A DNA stretch of 38,752 nt, taken from the NCBI RefSeq assembly GCF_018977255.1, contig NW_024705504.1, positions 1 through 38,752 on the forward strand, in the 5' to 3' direction. The notes under the pieces were generated by a model. It did not search any database. It had not been told where the DNA came from and saw only the letters and a list, made by a program, of their open reading frames with translations. This document shows, one piece after another, positions 10,624-22,900 of the stretch. Position numbers and translations under genes: made by a program. The stretch comes from Callorhinchus milii. Taxonomy: Eukaryota. How positions within the stretch are numbered: position 1 is the stretch's first letter; each line of letters starts with the position of its first letter.

Positions 10624-10728
10624 AGCGTGGTGCTGGCCACCCACCCCCTCGTGTGCCGCCCTTCTGGCCTGCATAGAGGTGCTCGCTAACGGCACTTGCC
10701 CCAACAGTCCGTCGAGGCTATACGGGGG
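10624..10728 (+). mobile_element. 3' fragment of the same SINE family as 8929-9325
   Basis: GCGTGGTGCTGGCCACCCACCCCCTCGTGT...GTGCTCGCTAACGGCACTTGCCCC...AGGCTATACGGGGG matches 9227-9325. Confidence 0.85.
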
Positions 10729-10854
10729 ATGTTGAGTCTTTGGGTCTCTGTCTGAGTCTATGGGCCGTGTTAGTCTATGTGCAAGTTATGTACTGACTAA
10801 TTATAAGGGGGCCGTATCGGTGGTGAATGTCAAAGTCTGAGCGAGACCTCAAGC

Positions 10855-11213
10855 CGCATCATCTCTACATAACAAAAAGGCTCAGTCCCTTTTACACGCA
10901 CCTTTACATCATCCGCACCTAGTTTACACAACAAAGGCTCATTCCTAACAGCGTGCTTCAGCCGCACCGAACCTCACAAAAACAATATCCAGGGCCTACC
11001 TTGGCTCCTCCCACCTTCAACCAGTATATATACAAATACTGTGTTCTTGGAATTTCTCTCACCTGATACAGCTGTCGTGGCTGTGACGGTTCCACCTGAA
11101 GACGGAAGCTTGTGTTGCCTCCAAAACGTCGTGATTTTTATTTTATTTTAATTTTACTTTTATTAATTTAAATTTTTTACCTACGTGACTTTACCGAAAA
11201 AACCTAAGAATAT
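10855..11213 (+). mobile_element. Penelope-like pLTR fragment with degenerate hammerhead, flanked by a 12-bp target duplication
   Basis: GAGACCTCAAGC at 10843-10854 and 11214-11225. CAC-CTGAAGA-CGGAAGC..GCCTCC-AAAACGTC-GTG at 11093-11133. Confidence 0.65.
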
Positions 11214-11281
11214 GAGACCTCAAGCTCCGGGAACCTGCTTGAAGATTCTGGAAGGGGGCGTGGGCCACACCGGGGTGTATA

Positions 11282-12087
11282 CAGTGATACCTCGGTTCAC
11301 GAACGCTTCGGTTCACGAACAACTCGGTTCACGACCAGAAAATTTCATAAAAATATGCTTCGGTTCACGAACTCCGCTTCGGTTCACGAACAGGAGCCGC
11401 GCCCATTTTTATGCTAATTCCAGGCTGTCACATGGTCGTGATTTATTGTAACGGGAGCGAGCAATGCAAAATCAGCCGAGGGAGTACCCGCCTCCTCCTC
11501 CTCGGGGGCTCGCGACACGTGGTGCGCCCGCCTATTCTGCCCTTCACGCGCAGGCTACACGCGCGCGCGCACGCACGCCGCGCGGACGCACGCACGCGCG
11601 CCGCCACACGCGCGCGCGACGCACGCACGCGCACGCGCATGCACGCGCGCGCACCCCGGAATGAGCGGAGAGGCACACATGCGCCAGCTGTGACAGTCAT
11701 CCCTCTTCACCTAAAATAAAAAAACCCCGAGCGATGGAGAGAGGAAACCCCTGAAGGAGATCCCCCTGATGTCCTTATGGAGGGGGACTCTCCCTCCAAA
11801 CAATAACCGCCTCCCACCCGCCTCCCACCTGCCTTCCTCCATGCCAGAGGTCATCTCAAGCAAGGTTAGTGTTCTCTCTTTATACATTACTATACTGTAC
11901 AGTACTACAGTAATGTGTATTGTCATTTGTTTCATATTTTTGTGCTTCAAAAACCAAAAAAAAAGGTCAGAACGGATTAACCGAATTTACATTGAACCCT
12001 ATGGGAAAATGTGCCTCGGTTCACGACCAATTCGGTTCACGACCAGAGTCATTTCACGAATTAAGTTCGTGAACCGAGGTATCACTG
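11282..12087. mobile_element. Non-autonomous Tc1/mariner (pogo/Tigger-like) DNA transposon
   Basis: Perfect 23-bp TIRs CAGTGATACCTCGGTTCACGAAC, TA duplications at 11280-11281 and 12088-12089, subterminal TCGGTTCACGA repeats, no transposase ORF. Confidence 0.93.
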
Positions 12088-12380
12088 TATAAGGGGGACC
12101 GAACCAGAGAAGGTTCGCTGCTGTTGCGGGTCCTGGGTCCTGGCTGCGTCGCCGCTCGCCGTCATCTCTCTTCGTCGTGGCCGATCTCCTGCAGGGCGCT
12201 CACCGTCGCTGTCGCTGCGCTAGTCAAATAACCGTGCAGTTGGACGCCGGCGATGGGGTTGTGTAGAAGGGTCGGCTATGTGTAGCTACGTGGAGACGCT
12301 GATATTTCTGCATCGTCCAGTGTGAGAATAAATAAGAAGGCCTCTACACGATGTGTCTCGGAAGTCGCTCACTACATATG

Positions 12381-12971
12381 TGTAATGGGTTCCGGAGACA
12401 CTTGTAGAGGTAACTTCTTTATTACAATACAACACTCCAACAGTCCTGATACTCTGTTACAGCCTAGATACACAGCCTAGGTACACAGCCTAGATACACT
12501 ACTCTGGCTACGCTCTGGGGTCCTCCGGCTACAACTACCCTAGGGGAGGCTATCTGACCCGACCGAGCCAAGGTGCGGGTCTGGACTCTGGCTTCCTCGG
12601 AACTCGCCCTTACAAGGACGTAGAGCCGGGAGTCCCAGAGTCCCACCACTGGCCCGCACAGCGTCCCGGCCCTTACAAGGAGAAGCGGGACGAGGGGGTC
12701 CAGGGTCCTAACTGGCTGGCTGGCGGGTCTCGGGTCTTGAGCTGCGACTGGCCTTGATCGGCCAGGGAGCTGCCCTTTTATGACTCGTCCCCAGCGAGGG
12801 GTGGGGCTGTGTGCGCCCCCAGATATCCCACAGAGCACACACAGCCCCCCCGTTGGTGGCGCCAAAGGGCTTAGCTGTCTGGGGTGCCTGGGATCCAGCG
12901 CCTGGCGCCAAGGGCTTATTTGCCTAGGATCCCAGAGCCCCCAGCAGCCCCTCACCTCTTATGTCACTACA
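12381..12971 (-). mobile_element. Solo LTR 'B' (591 bp), antisense
   Basis: TGTAATG...CACTACA termini, minus-strand AATAAA (tttatt ~12418) and ATAAAAGGG (~12775), flanks TATG/TATA. Confidence 0.7.
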
Positions 12972-12973
12972 TA

Positions 12974-13262
12974 TATAAGGGGGACCGAACCAGAGAAGGT
13001 TCGCTGCTGTTGCGGGTCTTGGGTCCTGGCTGCGTCGCCGCTCGCCGTCATCTCTCTTCGTCGTGGCCGATCTCCTGCAGGGCTCTCACCGTCGCTGTCG
13101 CTGCGCTAGTCAAATAACCGTGCAGTTGGACGCCGACGATGGGGTTGTGTAGAAGGGTAGGCTATGTGTAGCTACGTGGAGACGTTAATATTTCTGCATC
13201 GTCCAGTGTGAGAATAAATAAGAAGGCCTCTACACGATGTGTCTCGGAAGTCGCTCACTACA
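12974..13262 (+). repeat. 289-bp direct duplicate of 12088-12376 (3' part of LTR A)
   Basis: TATAAGGGGGACCGAACCAGAGAAGG...GAAGTCGCTCACTACA occurs twice with few substitutions. Confidence 0.95.
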
Positions 13263-13327
13263 TGCGTATAACGTCTTTACCGTCATGGGCCCTCGCTGCT
13301 GAAACAAATCAAATCCATCCGCGCTTG

Positions 13328-13343
13328 GCTGCTGGTGCTGTTC

Positions 13344-13381
<38 letters not shown>
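13328..13381. repeat. Imperfect (CTG)n triplet repeat directly upstream of the exon 6 acceptor
   Basis: Visible directly. Confidence 0.9.
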
Positions 13382-13385
13382 CCAG

Positions 13386-13544
13386 GTGAGTGAAAATAAG
13401 CTGAGGCAGGTGAACGTGGACCAAGCGTGGACCCTGTCGCATCTGACGGGGCTGCTGGCGATCAATGCGCAGGGCGAAAGCGAGCTGCATCTCTCCAAGC
13501 TGGCAGCGGTGCCAGTGGACACATACCAGCTCACTCAGATACAG
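13386..13544 (+). CDS. LRRC8: LRRC8-like exon 6 (VSENKLRQVNVDQAWTLSHLTGLLAINAQGESELHLSKLAAVPVDTYQLTQIQ; start of LRR domain)
   Basis: tccAG acceptor, CAG|GTgccc donor. Corresponds to VSENKLRQLNLNNEWT...NAQDKLELHL of LRRC8A (recalled). Confidence 0.9.
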
Positions 13545-13899
13545 GTGCCCGTGGACACAGCCACTCACCCACCCATCCACCCACCAACTCACACAGCCAC
13601 TCACCCACCTACTCACTCACCCTCATACCCACTGACCCACACACCCACTCACCCACCAGTGGACACATACCGGCTCACTCAGATACAGGTGCCCGTGGAC
13701 ACAGCCACTCACCCACCCATCCACCCACCAACTCACACAGCCACTCACCCACCTACTCACTCACCCTCATACCCACTGACCCACACACCCACTCACCCAC
13801 CAGTGGACACATACTGGCTCACTCAGATACAGGTGCCCGTGGACACAGCCACTCACCCACCCATCCACCCACCAACTCACACAGCCACTCACCCACCTA
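13512..13899 (+). repeat. 144-bp tandem repeat (~2.7 copies) made of the last 33 nt of exon 6, its donor and C/A-rich intron
   Basis: CCAGTGGACACATAC at 13512, 13656 and 13800. Confidence 0.95.
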
Positions 13900-13929
13900 N
13901 NNNNNNNNNNNNNNNNNNNNNNNNNNNNN
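13900..13929. other. Assembly gap (30 N)
   Basis: Run of N. Confidence 1.
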
Positions 13930-16900
13930 GGGCACAACTCTGTGAAACGACTTGCTCCAGTACGACGAGCAGTCTTGATAATTTAAAGGCGCTACGCCCC
14001 AACAGCAATATCTGATGTTAGCCTGTGTTTTTACGGCGTATCGTGCTCCTGGCCCGTGCGTTCACAAGTCTAGAGAGCTTTGGCATGCCCACAGTTACAG
14101 ATGCGTTACGAAGCTAAACTTAATCAGGAGCAAGTTCTTCACTGCGCCTGTTCCCGCCCTTTCTCTTTTATCCGCCTCAGACTGGACGGTGACCCAGCGG
14201 TTTGACAGGAGGACTCCAGCGCACTTACATCTGTAGAGCTTCCAGAGTACAGCCGACGAGGCCCTTGGCCAAGCATGGCTCGCGCTCCAAGCTGTGCAAA
14301 CTTCTTATTTATGCGCCACGCAGGCTGGTTTGCGATGACTCTAGTAGAGACTGCTTAGTCACTGATTATTTACTCCCTGAGCGCTGCCTAACCCCAGCCC
14401 GTCTACGTTGTTCCCAGCCGGCAAATGAACGGCTGCTATAGTGCCTGCCTACAGCGAATGGGTACCTATGAAGGGACGACCCATTACATGTATAGGTTAG
14501 CCTTCTCCCAACGGAGCGTATCACGCGACTTACACTACGTTACCCGGTGACATGATCGGGATAATTATTTATCCTCCGTCACGATCACGAGATCCGCTTA
14601 GTCAGAGTTAGTGCTCGATATTATTGAGTACAGCTAACCCCATGCCTTTTGGGCCTTAGGGAGCTGCTACTACTCATAAAAACCAATGTTTCCCGCCAAC
14701 TTTGCCAAAGTTGTATACCGTTTAACGACCTGAGCTCGAGGAAGTACGCAACTTGCTTAAACGGATGAGAAGGCAACGATTGACTTTCTAGGATCGTCTG
14801 CGGAATAGAGGGGATAGTAGGAGAACGAGCTTAAGTCTCCGGCCCACGTCTCTTAAATAAACGGCGATGAGCGCTAACTATGGCTCAGGGCACTGTATCC
14901 CAGTTAAGCAGACTTCTGAACGTTCCCTTTAAGGAAACTTACGGACCTCGTGGTAAGCAGTATTCTGTCATGCTAACCATAAGAAAAGTCACAGACTTAG
15001 ATTCGAAACAGAAAGCTATAGTTGGAGCGGAGGCGCGGTGCCGCCAATCAGCACGGTCTATATAAACACGTCCAAGTTTCTTCGGCGATTTAAATATGGT
15101 ACATACTTGCCCTCTTCCACCCGGACTCTTTGGCTCCAAGAATGACAGCAGCCGGTTAAGCAGGACTATGGGAGCGTATGACTGGTCGCTTACCGGCCCG
15201 TTAAAACCACAAAACTCGTGAACTACGCTGAATCCGATATTTGAGAACCGACGTGGGTAAACGCCACCACGTTCCTGTACGCTACTGCGAGCAGTACTGG
15301 CGAAACAGAACACTAACCGTGTGACAACTTTCGCAAACTGTGTGTGTGTCATGGCTATGCAACATGAGCCTAGCAGACTAAAAGAGGATACCAACTTCGA
15401 GGATCGTAAGTACTGTAGGATACAAACATGCGATGATTTACACAATTGTCCAGCTTCGTTCTAATTATAGTTGTCGAAACTCATCAACCGGATGCCTAAA
15501 CGAGTCGCCCTTCGAGTCTATAAACCTTAACCCTTGTACCTTAAACCCTCTCCACTTCTGCTAGTAAGTGATCCCCACCGTTTCTTAACACCTGCTCCGC
15601 GCTAGCAGGAGCCGACGCGCCTCACCTCTGAGAGTATCTAAGCCCTGCGGGATGCGCGATAGCCATAACGATTGTCCCAAAATTTGTGGTTACGTTCTGA
15701 GATCAAAGCGAAGTACATACGTGCTCGGATGACAACATTGCTGTGAATTATTGGATAAGCATTCCGGAGCACTTGTCCGAGGTGGGATCGCTTGCTTTGC
15801 GCGATGCATTTAATATTTGGCAGTCGATACTGCTAGGGGACTATTATGAGGTCCAGTTATTCAGTTAGCATATTTCACTATCGGGTGAGGGCTGGAATTC
15901 AGCGGGGTATTTTTAACCCAAAGTTATGTCTGTGCCATTTTGACGACGTGCCGCCAATCCGGGATATCGTAGCCTTGCCCTCCGTTCTACCCCATTGTGT
16001 CCTGCTCCTATTTTTTACCAGCGTTCGATTGGGTTAAGACCAAGACTACCGTGGAATTGCCCTGCTCATCCCTCCGCGCTAGAGATTGACCTACACTATA
16101 GGTGATGCAATACCGGCCGTACCCTCGAACGTTGTCCCGATCCATCGGACTTCCAATCCTCACCATTGAGAAAGGGCGGGATGGAAGCCAGAAATGCTCG
16201 TAATCTGGTGACAAGTAGTACCGCTGACTATATTACAGCGATATTCGGCGAGCTATAGGCAGACCAAACAGAGCAGGCGTTACAGTCCTTCTGAGTTCGA
16301 CCCGGTCCACCAGTCGACCTCGGGTATCGCACGACTGATCCGCGCCAAGTAGCGTATTGTGCATTGATGGGACGATCCCAAATCGAATCTTCGGCCGGGA
16401 TCTTAGACATAAGGTACTATGCAACCTCCTCGATTAGTCTTTTGATTGGGTCACAGACGTGAAACAGCACCGGGGGCGATATTGTTGGCACGCACAATCT
16501 ATGCGCGAATCTGTCACTTCCCTCACGGGCAAGTCCGAAGGGCTTGATCGTTTGTGCTTTAACACGACGACAGCCCGCTACGACTGATTCTGGCCATAGC
16601 TCCGTCAGAAGAGTTCACTGCTACGTGGAGGGTCGGGTCTGAGAAACGACTAGTTCATTGGATTCCCAAATAAGGGGCGACGGTATACGGCCAATGTACA
16701 ACTGTGCAAGCCGTCCCGTGGACGGTGCTACGTCCGATAAGTGGTCATACGCCAAATTATGTTTGGTCACAACATCGGCAGGTGAGAAAACCTGGTAGTA
16801 TGAATTAAAGCTCAACTCATCACTGCGTCTTTCAACACGCTTGTTGCAGTACTGGAAGGCATCCAGTGCGCTTCTCTAATATCATATTTACGTTGATCGT

Positions 16901-19900
16901 GGACTTAAGATGACGATGGATAAGCTTCTGAAGGCGTCCGGATTCTAAAGCCACAGCTCGTAACTGACAATTGTCCACAATCATTTGGCCGTAGTATTAG
17001 CCGCTGACAGTATGGCACCATCCAAATGCCGAGTACTGGTGTGTGTAAGGATCTATACGACGGGCGTTCGCCGCTGAGTGGAGGCACTCCCATAATCGTC
17101 TCTGTAACCTAGTCGAACCAATTCGAGTGATACCCTTTATGTGCTCACCAATCACCATACCATGGCCTTCGCAGGTCATAGGGTTCCTCAGCGAACCTAC
17201 TCACTCTTCCCCACTGGCAGTATCGAGCGGTAAAGTGGCCTAAATGGCTAGCTTAAATTATTTTTTATTCATAAACGGAGGGCCATAGTACTATGATCCG
17301 TGATATTTGGCGTATTCCTCACAGGTAGGATTAGTTCGGACTAGGTGCGTATTCACGTAGCTGGCCCGTATCCCACGCAGACTTTTAGTGACGCATATAG
17401 CAGTAGTATTGGAGCAGGTCCGCTCAGCAAATTCGGCACACGTAAGAAAGCAAGTTATCTAACCATGGTGATGAATCAGAGGCTATACTGAAAGATTTTT
17501 TTACAGACTAGGGCTGCGAGACAGAGCAGAAACGCATAGAGCTAAGAGCTAGTCAGGAATGGTCGTGTGTATCTGTCCCAGCTATCGAGTAGCGAAATAG
17601 ACCGATTCTGTCCCAAATACACCACGATCTTGGTTCTGCGCGGCCCGGATAATTTTCGTGTTCAATAGTCCCGGCGTGGAGTCCCTTCTCCCGCTACTCC
17701 CCGGTAGGGCTGGGTATTCGGACAGTCACTCTAGACTTAACTGGACATAGGCCCTATCAATACATCCAAGCTCTTACTTACATTTTAACCGGTATCCATG
17801 TATGCTAGCTCGTTTACCAACTACAAGCGCACCATTCGCGTTGACAAGAACCCACTGGAGCTAGGGGCCCAAAGGCGTCGGCCTCATTAATTTGTGAATC
17901 GCGACGTATTAGCCTAACCGTCAAAAGAGCATTGTGGGGCATACACTGTAGAAATATTGTTCCTGCACGGAAGTAGGTCGTTACCAGCCGACACATAGAC
18001 ACACGATATAGGTATGAACACGCGCTTACTGTACAAGCGAAGAAAGCGCCTAATTCCGTCAAGGCATGAGGCGGTTCTTCAGCTCTCCGAAACCAGGTTG
18101 AGGGCGCAGCCAAATTACAAAATGGAACGCCCCCGGAAGGATTCTGGGTAGTACTACGCTCAAAATCATGTGCGGACCCCACTCAGGTATCGGTTGTTCG
18201 TGTAGGAGGGAGGGAACATGGGCACATGTAGCGCTGGTGTCTTTTCTGGCTCACTTCTTATAAATTAGAACCAGTTCTGTAGGCTTATCTTCAACGTCAC
18301 GCTGGAGGCAGGGGGTTAGGCCCCTCGAGCTAATCCTTTGAGTCTTCTAGCACACTTGTGGGACTGGGAATCCCTAGGACTCGTCACCTATCCCCTAAGG
18401 CGTGTCGGATTGGGTCGTTCTAGATGACGCCCAACGAGTGTGCAGGTCAACCAGCTGACGAACCTAGTAGTCCGCGGCCGGTGTTTACATCAATCCGATG
18501 GCATGATCCTGTAGGCTTTGGAGGAACCCACCCCGCTACGGAGTATTCTAGATTCGGTGAACCACCCAGGCGAGTCTGGCTTGGATGTACTATTAAGGGC
18601 GATCAACCAAGACCCGGTGACTGTCCATGATTTGGTCTAATAGCATGTCAGTCGGAATCTCTGAACGTAACACGGAGGTCCAATCGTCGGCCCCGCCAGC
18701 GTAAATATGAGTCTGAGACTTATTTGAATGTTGATGATCGGTTAGATTCGCAGTAAGACGTCCTACAGCATTCGCTCTAAAAAAATTCCAGATAAGCGTT
18801 GGGGAGCTTGACAAAGCACTGTGAGATCCTAGTCTCGTAGTAAACACTACTCCCCACCTAGTCCTGGGTGAGAGCTGTACGGTTAACAGACCTAATTGTT
18901 GCATCGTGTGATGCAGGATAGGGGATCAGCTAGATGAAGCTATTGGGCAGGTCATAACACAGCAGCGGAGTGCACCCTTCTGGACATCAGTTCGGGTTCA
19001 TGTAAGTCCGCGGGCATGCCTGCGGTAGGAGCGCGAGAATGCTTATCATTGCTGGGGTGCAAAACCTATTTGAGAGGCAACTTTGAAAAACCATCTGCCG
19101 ACTAAGACAGATGAATCGCTTAGACAGTCCAATTTTCTGCATTGATTGGCTAGGCATGGGAGCAAACCTCGTACCCTTCACGTCGTAGACTATGAGGTTC
19201 GGAAGGCACGGGTCGGTGGAGAGGTCGCGTTTTATAACCGGTGCCAGGTATACATTTAGTAGGAGTGAAATGCAAACGGTCTGCTGCCCGTGGTTCTGTT
19301 TGAGAAATGGCACAGTATAGTCCAGCTGGGAAGAGCACATCTCATCCCCTACGATCAAGGTTCACAGCAAGCGTGGAGTAGTGCTTGGGATTGCCCTGCA
19401 TAGCGGACGAAAGGCGATCAGAACAAACCGGATGTTCTTCATCTTAAATGTTTTGGGATTCAGGCAGAAAGAAGGTCTGATGGACTGTTCCCACTGAGCA
19501 TCGATCAGCTTGCTCCCATTTAGTAAAACTTTTTTACATGTGAAGAACGGGTTTGGTGTAATGCAAGACGAACATGATTCTGCCCCCTGGAAGTGATGTA
19601 TAGGAGCTAACCAGGTCCTCGTACCTGACGTACTATTGTGTTTACGATTACCATAGACTGGGAGACGGTTTCTGCTCACAACGAGCTATCTAATAGGAGT
19701 ATAACTCAATAGCTAAACGAGATTTTATATGTCTTTGATGCGCCCCCAGTAAACTCCCGCGCTTACAGAGTAAGGTCACGATAACATGGGACAAGGTGAG
19801 GCCGGCCGTGACGCCTTTGACGATGATTGCAGTGGTGTAAGGTACAGCATTGCTTTAGTTGGCGTCACAGCTTCTGTAGTTATTAATATGCTCACGATAT

Positions 19901-22900
19901 GGGCCGTTCGAATCCCAGTAAAGAATATGGGTTCAAATCATGACACCCCGAGACGGCACACAACTATTTTGGGCCGATATTTTCAGCCCCAGAAACAGCC
20001 CTTGTCGGTGTTCGGTCAGTATCACCGTCTGATCAAAGTGCTGGTCAAGGGGAAGCAAAATCTCTGATTCGACAACATAACAACAACACCTTGAACCAAA
20101 ACAAGTAGAAGACTGGAATCAAACAATTAGACCAGGGCTGGGCCAAAAACGCTCATTCTGGTCGCACCCGGGTATAAATAACCCTCGCCGAAATCGTGAC
20201 ATTAGCCAAACCGTTGGGCATATAGTCCTAAATCGCGGCATAGGACCTAGCCCTTCCATTTTAGCGACAATACGAAGCACCCTAGGGCGCGCTCTAGACG
20301 TTGGTCCGAATAAAAGTTCAGCGAGTGCAGGGATCTAATTATTCGTACGCGGTGGGCCCGTCGGTGCGGGGAGAAGATAGTAAGCTGTCGACCAGACGAT
20401 CCACGTAGAACACGGTGATTCGACTTCAAACCGCTCGTGACTTTGAGTAACGTACTGTAATGGCTCTCATGTTACAAGACCGTTCCACCTGCACCTCCAC
20501 ACCCGAGCTATTTTTCCCTTTGCGGGACACCTCATAAGGGTACGTATTTACGAATCCGCTCGAGTTTAGCTCCTTAGAAATTAATCTTAGGATGAATAAG
20601 CTTGTGCTGATTGTAGAGGTCGACCAGAAACTCCGTCCGTCTACAGCACAAACGTAAAATTTTCCGAACTGATCCCGGATGGGCCACAAGTCCGCCATCC
20701 TGTCAGCTAGGAAGTTCAAGGGACGACGGGGGGGACGGCTGCGTCAGGTAATGAAATACGTCAAACTACTGTAGGATCGCCTCGCACGAGGATGAGACCG
20801 ACTTCAAGGAGAGCTCACCATCAAAAGACATAGACCAAAGCATAACTTCCTGAGAGCATCGGGCTAAGTGGTACGGGAGCTCAGCATCGGAAGAGCGGAG
20901 AGTCACGCGAGGCTGGTTAATGTCGTAAACTCATATATTCAATTTAGGAGCAGCCCCGCCGCTGCCGGGACAGAATTCACAGCGAAATGCGGGGTAGACT
21001 AGAGGAGATAAAGCTCCAGTCTTACACACCATCTGCCGAAGTGCTCCCGGGGCACTTGTAACCGTTTTCGTATGTGCGAAGTATACATTGATGGCTGGTA
21101 CATCCGGCATGCGCATTACTCGTCCGGACTCGCAATACGCACCCTGATCAAACAGTAAACTATCGTACTGTAATATGAGGCTAACGCACCTATCAGTGCA
21201 CAAGCGCATTCCCACCCAGTAGTCTAGACTGAAGGACGAAAACAACAATTTGACCCTTCCTCAGCACTTGCGGTTAATATACTTGCCTGCACTGGCTCCC
21301 GCGCTTCGCTTGAGGTTCACCGAAATACGTTTGACTAGCGGGAACGTCCATAAGATGAGATAGAGGAATTGGTTTAGGACCGTCAACTACTAGGAACCTT
21401 ATAGTTTTACGGGCGGGACGCGCGATTTCCAGAAGGGTTCCTATCGCGGACAGAGAATGAGGTCATTTCGACAATGGAATAGCAATTAGCGTATTAGGCA
21501 TGTCTTCCGATAGTTGGAGGGAAGGTTAGTAGATCCGAGTCGGGCTCCACTGAAAGCCTACGCCCATCGGTATCACTATCACTAGCCGTTTCTCCCACAT
21601 TTGTACCAGGGGGGTGGAGCTGGGCTAAGTGGAAGAGATGTTTTACGATTAGTCATTCGTCGGACTCCATTAGATTATGTTGACGAGATATTTTAAAAAC
21701 CAACGTGGGAAGTCCTTTGACGAGTATACTACGCTGCCGGACACAGTACTCGGTAGGTGGAGTCGCCGCGCGAGTAGTGGGCGAATGTCGAGGATTGTGT
21801 GATGTCTGCTTGTCCGTCGCTCCTCTGACTCAACGTGGGGGGTATTAAAGTTGATAACGTAGGTTAGAGCTACAACTTAGCTCTATGAGATCTGCTCAAT
21901 TTGAAATGTTGAAGCGCAACGAGTCCCGTTTGCTACTTAACTGCCATGTTACACAGGCGCGGAACCGACTATCGCGAACTGCGGATAGTCTTATCTTTCC
22001 CTATACCCACTCTTATAAAGATAACCTATTGGCATGAGCAGTGCGCCCAACTTTCGTGGCTGGTGATTATCCGGTCGCCTTTATCCTGAATACAATTCCA
22101 CCTTCGGAGTTCCCCCGACGATCTCTGACCTTAGTTCCGCGAAGATATCAAGTTTGGATGCATATTAAGTTAATGGTGGATACCGTACGATTTACGTAAA
22201 CAGTACCATAGTCCTAACTCGACTAGAATCCCACTAAAATACAAGGCAGCACGAGGTGTGAAATGCATGTGTGGGTGCCTGTCTTGCCCTCTTTATTTAT
22301 GCTAACAGGTGGACTTAAAAACCTTGGTCTCAAGTGAAGCAAGCTGGGTCAAAATGAGACGCCGCCGTATGTACGCCTACATGATGTGTCCGTTAATTGC
22401 ATGGCGTTTATGGATCATAATGAGCGGCAGCTAAACGGACTTCAGATATTTAGCCTTCACACACTCTACGTAACGAATAGGTACTAACCTCTGGTATAAG
22501 GCCTGGTGGACAAACGTTCGCCCAATTTCCACTAGCACATTTCTAATGGACTAAGCGGGGTTTTCCCGTAGAGGTACCTGTCCAAAGGTGGCTGACGAAG
22601 CGCGATCATGCGGTAAGTCGGCCTGGCGAATCTTCGCGCCGTATAGTAGTTGCAGCCACGCTAAGATACTTTTAAGGCCGCCTCTCACACCGAGGGTTAA
22701 GTCGAACTCCGAATTAATTAGGTGGCCTAGTAGACGTACGTCATGCACGAGCGCTCATAAGCAAGTAGCCGAAGATTGGTATGCCGAGAGAAATGAGTGA
22801 GGGTAATACCTCACTTATTGGGCGCCTGCTGAGTTTAAGATCACTAACTGGCATGTGGGAGGATCTTATTTGAGGAGACTGCAATGTAGTTCGCTTTGTG

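Larger units (their letters stand above)
10789..12376 (+). mobile_element. Solo LTR 'A' (~410 bp once two nested insertions are removed)
   Basis: Starts TGTACTGA, ends TCACTACA (7/8 inverted match). TATAAG at the Tigger insertion site, AATAAA at ~12327. No clear TSD. Confidence 0.55.
6150..13544 (+). pseudogene. LRRC8: LRRC8-family (volume-regulated anion channel) gene, six visible exons, probably disabled; LRR-domain exons not seen in the window
   Basis: Spliced translation has family hallmarks [74 protein letters not shown] and FLSEVSENKLRQ. All GT-AG phases are compatible. In-frame TAG at 8166 and missing TM3 region. Confidence 0.85.

Noticed and set aside
13230..13616. Minus-strand polyQ or polyS ORFs and plus-strand poly-Leu signal peptide
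   Set aside because: Products of the intronic CTG repeat before the exon 6 acceptor.
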